NCBI GenBank assembly: GCA_051649005.1
Contig: JBOFGF010000234.1
Span: forward strand, 1-45,965
Direction of reading: 5' to 3'
Source: Thermoguttaceae bacterium
Lineage (GTDB): Bacteria; Planctomycetota; Planctomycetia; Pirellulales; Thermoguttaceae
Length of the DNA: 45,965 nucleotides
Shown here: piece by piece, positions 42,610 to 45,965 of the stretch
Numbering within the stretch: position 1 is the first letter of the stretch
Layout of the letters: each line of letters begins with the position of its first letter
The notes under the pieces: model-generated
What the model saw: only the letters and a program-made list of their open reading frames with translations
What the model was told of the DNA's origin: nothing
Databases searched by the model: none
Position numbers and translations under genes: made by a program

Positions 42610-44331
42610 ATGACAAAAATATATTATCACTCTGTTTTGGTCGCCGCATTTCTTGTGTGCCTCGCCTGCTTTTCCGTCTGCGCCGAGGAATCGCCCGATT
42701 CCGCCAAATCTTCGTGGCGAGTGTTTGGAACCGTCCGCGATCATGCCGGAAACCCTTTCCCGAATGTTATGATCGAGCTAAGTGCACAGTTCACTGGAAC
42801 TCAGCAAAGTCAACTGACCACTTACACCGACGAAAATGGCGAATACTCGCTCGACATCACACCACTCGATCCCTTTTGCATTCCACCACTGAAGGTCAAA
42901 AAAATCGATGCCAATTCGGACGCTATTTCAGGCGATGTCGATTCAAATGGCGATTCAGAGGAGACGAGAACAGAGCCGAATCGCACTTTTCTGTTTCAGC
43001 AACTCACCATCAATGCGTCCGCTGGATTTTACAGTAAAGAGCCATACACGATATACGCACAAAGCCGGTCGGTGCCGGGCGATCTTCTCGTCATCGGCGA
43101 GGCGACTTTGCAACAGACCGACGACATACTGAAGCAACTTGCGGCAGATAAACTCGATGTTATTCCCGTTCGGAAAAACGAGCCGTGCCAAATTGATTTT
43201 GTTATGGAATCTCGTGATGTCGCCGCTACAAAAAACATCCCGCCATCTTTTTGCTGGCAGAAAAATTTGTGGATTTGCAAAATGGACATCGACCACAGTG
43301 AGGCCATTTTCCGCAAAGCGATTTTGCCATATCTTCCAAATCGAGAATATCAGGCGGCGATTGAACGAAACGACAAACTCACAGCTTCGCTCCGTTTTCC
43401 AAAGGCGGAAATCATGGTCGGTGAACCCACATCGTTCGATTTTGTCATCAAAAACGAATCGGAAACCGACATTTCGATGTTCGTCGGCGGCGATTATCGC
43501 GGTTCTTCGCGTCCGATATCATTCACGATGCGTGCTGTGCGGCTGGATGGTGATGCCGCCGGAAAAATCGTGTATGAAATTCCCGAGCTGTCTTGTCATG
43601 GTGGTTTGTGCTGCCCACAAAATGTTCCAGCGGGCGGCGAATATGTGTTCGATCTCTGCTTCGCGTGTTGGTTCGACTTGAAAGAGCCGGGGCAGTATCG
43701 AATCGAAGTTGCGCGATATTGTCAATTTGGACGAGATGATCCACCAAAGCGGGGCAACTGGGATTATGATGCCCCACTTGTTTTGCGAACTGCGACTGGC
43801 ATTTTGCAAGTAAAACCGACAGATTTTGATGAGATGGGCAATTTGATCGACCAATGGGGCAAAACAGCAACCACAAATACGACGGACGAACAAGAATCGA
43901 AAAATCAGGAACATGCCCGCAAAAATCTTGCTCATGTCGATGACGAGCGAGTGATTCCCTGGTTGATTCGACTCTCTGAAAATGGAGACGGTTCTTATTA
44001 CACGAAATCGGCACTTTGTAAATTCAAAAACGACGACGCACTGGCGGCAATTGTGAAGGACATCGACTCAAAAGATGAGAACAAATCATATTCTGCCGCG
44101 ATACATCTTGCTTGCAGCAAACATCCAAAGGCACTTGAAATTTTGCTCATGCAGCAAGACCACTGGAACTGGCAAGTCCGATTGGCAGTCGTTCAGGCGG
44201 CAGAAAAGATGAATCCAGAAGTCGCGCTTCCGATGCTGCGAAAGCGGTTCGACGATACTGCATGGGAGGGAAACATCTCCAAAGAAGCCCATCGCATTTA
44301 TGAAATCATTACGAAAAAGCAGAATGAGTAA
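42610..44331 (+). CDS. Secreted protein with N-terminal carboxypeptidase-regulatory-like domain and C-terminal HEAT-like repeats
   Basis: Signal peptide MTKIYYHSVLVAAFLVCLACFSVCA. WRVFGTVRDHAGNPFPNVMIELSA..YTDENGEYSLDI is CarboxypepD_reg-like. The C-terminus (ALEILLMQQDHWNWQVRLAVVQAAEKMNPEVALPMLRKRF) is HEAT-like. Confidence 0.5.
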   Translation: MTKIYYHSVLVAAFLVCLACFSVCAEESPDSAKSSWRVFGTVRDHAGNPFPNVMIELSAQFTGTQQSQLTTYTDENGEYSLDITPLDPFCIPPLKVKKIDANSDAISGDVDSNGDSEETRTEPNRTFLFQQLTINASAGFYSKEPYTIYAQSRSVPGDLLVIGEATLQQTDDILKQLAADKLDVIPVRKNEPCQIDFVMESRDVAATKNIPPSFCWQKNLWICKMDIDHSEAIFRKAILPYLPNREYQAAIERNDKLTASLRFPKAEIMVGEPTSFDFVIKNESETDISMFVGGDYRGSSRPISFTMRAVRLDGDAAGKIVYEIPELSCHGGLCCPQNVPAGGEYVFDLCFACWFDLKEPGQYRIEVARYCQFGRDDPPKRGNWDYDAPLVLRTATGILQVKPTDFDEMGNLIDQWGKTATTNTTDEQESKNQEHARKNLAHVDDERVIPWLIRLSENGDGSYYTKSALCKFKNDDALAAIVKDIDSKDENKSYSAAIHLACSKHPKALEILLMQQDHWNWQVRLAVVQAAEKMNPEVALPMLRKRFDDTAWEGNISKEAHRIYEIITKKQNE

Positions 44332-44370
44332 GTGGGGAGTATTTTGACATAGACAGCAAACGGCACAAAA

Positions 44371-44407
44371 TTGGATGTTTTGCCTCGTTTCGCTTTTTTG
44401 TTGGAAC
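44371..44407 (+). repeat. Degenerate R1 element
   Basis: ttggatgttttgcctcgtttcgcttttttgttggaac keeps the 5' flank TTGGATGTTT but has an eroded stem. It lies 39 nt after the stop at 44331. Confidence 0.5.
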
Positions 44408-44421
44408 ATAAAATTCCAAAG

Positions 44422-44495
44422 CTCCCCGAGTAGGACTCGAACCTACGACCTACGGATTAACAGTCCGCCGCTCTAACCAACTGAGCTACCAGGGA
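44422..44495 (-). tRNA. tRNA-Asn (anticodon GTT), CCA not encoded
   Basis: Reverse complement TCCCTGGTAGCTCAGTTGGTTAGAGCGGCGGACTGTTAATCCGTAGGTCGTAGGTTCGAGTCCTACTCGGGGAG. Anticodon loop CTGTTAA, T-arm GTAGG TTCGAGT CCTAC. The anticodon arm is close to my recollection of E. coli tRNA-Asn. Confidence 0.93.
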
Positions 44496-44827
44496 TCGTG
44501 CGTCCAAATTATATGGACACTCATAACAATTGCATCACTGCAATCGAAACTTTGAGAATTTTATCACATCACATTTATCCTGTCAATACCACTTTTTTCT
44601 AAAAATTTCAATTGAAAAATGATGCAAGAGAATTGAATTATTTGGTTATATGTGTTAGAATCAGCTGTTGTGCAAATCGTCAATTCGCTCCCATCGGTCG
44701 GTGCCACCGTCAATACGGCATCGTGTGACATACACTCGCCGCCTCCTTTCCGGCTTTTATTTTTGCCGATTTCATCAAAATCGTAAACTTGTTTGCGTTC
44801 TCCATTATCTCCATTATTATATCTGTT

Positions 44828-45965
44828 ATGAGAAGTATTTCCTGTTTTTCAAGTTGTGTGCTTATTTGCGTTTGGCTTTTTTTCAGTGGATTTCCAGCGA
44901 ATGCACAAATTTTATCGAGAAGTACAAAAAGTACACGATCTGTTAAATCGACTCCGCATCTGATCAAAAATGTTCGTCAAACCACATCATCAAATCATAC
45001 CAAATCTTCCATGAATTCAGAAGCTAATCAACTTTCCGACATCCTCGAACAATATCAAACAGAAGTTTTGCAGCTTTTCAAAGAGTGCAATGAGTCCGAA
45101 TGGGACGCGATGACAACAGGAAAACCGGAGGCGTTCGAACGAAGTGCCAAAACCAAAATCGAACTTGCTAAATATCATAGTAATGCAGAAAAATATGCCG
45201 AAATGAAAAAACTTCGGAATTCGGCAACTGGTCTCTCTGCGCTCCAATTGCGTTCGGTGGATCGGATGATTATGGCTTTTGAGCAAAAGCAGTTGCCCCC
45301 CGATTTGCTCGAAAAAATGGAAGAAATGGCATCGAAAATTCAGATGACTTTCCAAACACATCGCGGAACTCTCGATGGCAAAGAATACTCGAATAATGAC
45401 TTGCTCGAAATGCTTTCCAAAGAGACCGATTCCGAAAAACGAAAGAAAGTATGGGAAGCACTCAAACAAGTCGGCGGTGCGATTGACGCAGATGTCATAG
45501 CTCTGGCCAAAATCCGAAATGAAGCCGCTCAAAAACTCGGTTTTCCAAATTACTGGGAAATGCAAATTCACTTTCAGGAATATGATTCGAAGGAATTGCT
45601 TGCTCTTTTTGACGAACTGGAAAAGACAACAACGCCACTTTTTGCGACAATGAAAAACGAATTGGATGCCCAGCAATCTGAAAAATTTGGCGTTTCAATT
45701 GCAGAATTACGCCCATGGCATTATGACAATCCTTTTTTCCAACAAGCACCGCCGTCCAAAGAAATCAATCCAAACGACTTTTATAACGACAAAACGAAAG
45801 AAGAAATTGTCGATATTGCAGTCCGATATTTCAACAAAATCGGTCTTCCATTCGACAAAGTGTTGCAGCGGAGCGACATGTATGAGCGAGATGGCAAAAA
45901 TCAACACGCCTTTTCCATCGACATGGACACACTCGGCGATGTACGAAATTTATGCAATGTGAAAC
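44828..45965 (+). CDS. Secreted M2-family (ACE-like) zinc metallopeptidase, 3' end open at window edge; absent from the supplied ORF track
   Basis: I translated frame 2 by hand from the ATG at 44828 to the window end and found no stop. It reads MRSISCFSSCVLICVWLFFSGFPANA|QILS... (signal peptide), then ...ECNESEWDAMTTGKPEAFERSAKTKIELAKYH... KKVWEALKQVGGAIDADVIALAKIRNEAAQKLGFPNYWEMQ... MYERDGKNQHAFSIDMDTLGDVRNLCNVK. This is collinear with the N-terminal half of angiotensin-converting-enzyme-type peptidases. The HExxH site would lie beyond the window. Confidence 0.7.
   Translation, partial: MRSISCFSSCVLICVWLFFSGFPANAQILSRSTKSTRSVKSTPHLIKNVRQTTSSNHTKSSMNSEANQLSDILEQYQTEVLQLFKECNESEWDAMTTGKPEAFERSAKTKIELAKYHSNAEKYAEMKKLRNSATGLSALQLRSVDRMIMAFEQKQLPPDLLEKMEEMASKIQMTFQTHRGTLDGKEYSNNDLLEMLSKETDSEKRKKVWEALKQVGGAIDADVIALAKIRNEAAQKLGFPNYWEMQIHFQEYDSKELLALFDELEKTTTPLFATMKNELDAQQSEKFGVSIAELRPWHYDNPFFQQAPPSKEINPNDFYNDKTKEEIVDIAVRYFNKIGLPFDKVLQRSDMYERDGKNQHAFSIDMDTLGDVRNLCNVK

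Noticed and set aside
37123-44421. Possible integrative island inserted at the 3' end of tRNA-Asn (44422-44495, minus strand).
   Set aside because: I saw no integrase or recombinase gene and no direct repeat of the tRNA 3' end. The interval also contains ordinary genes (ykgJ-like, apbE). Only the 37123-39794 part looks accessory.
45017-45676. 219-aa minus-strand ORF and the 98-aa plus-strand ORF at 45666-45962.
   Set aside because: Both lie inside the open-ended plus-strand M2-peptidase frame, which has a signal peptide and clear family similarity. The minus ORF is low-complexity and Phe/Cys-rich.

Overview
45,965-nt chromosomal window with a housekeeping backbone and unusually repeat-laden intergenic space. 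The protein set (multi-repeat secretin-N protein, DUF11 surface protein, DUF3467 beside trigger factor, Tat-Rieske protein, Rpn/DUF4351 remnant) looks Planctomycetota-like, but that is inferred from family content only. Confident genes: uvrB, tsaB, tig, uvrC (short form), carboxynorspermidine dehydrogenase, citrate synthase, Fe-alcohol dehydrogenase, RluA-type pseudouridine synthase, queG (short form), apbE plus a YkgJ-type Cys-cluster protein, a NUDIX hydrolase, tRNA-Gly(GCC) and tRNA-Asn(GTT). Notable coding features: a 1,473-aa giant flagellin with no other flagellar gene nearby; an array of about 17 secretin-N modules (more than 1,530 aa) with no secretin barrel; two orphan, divergent PII-like proteins; a TM-repeat protein plus DUF2971 pair in a repeat-flanked, compositionally patchy segment; and a secreted M2 (ACE-like) peptidase that runs off the 3' edge and is missing from the supplied ORF track. 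Notable non-coding features: almost every intergenic gap over 200 nt is built from a mosaic of short hairpin-repeat families. These are (1) a post-stop-codon hairpin element, once as a 4x61-nt tandem array; (2) a GGCGAGCC + GNRA-loop hairpin; (3) a CCGGTGCGT-type hairpin; and (4) CCGTCGG mini-palindromes with a conserved AATGGTAGAAACGAATTGCCC tail. They combine into near-palindromic composites of about 400 nt. A 121-130 nt MITE is present twice with 11-nt target-site duplications, and a paralogous empty site lies in the same window. I found no CRISPR array, rRNA, intact transposase or integrase, or recognisable defence or toxin-antitoxin system. The most novel-looking signal is the modular hairpin-repeat system, whose compensatory and strand-asymmetric G.U changes suggest selection on a folded strand. 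Short-element coordinates were hand-counted, anchored on ORF-track coordinates where possible, and may be off by 1-2 nt.
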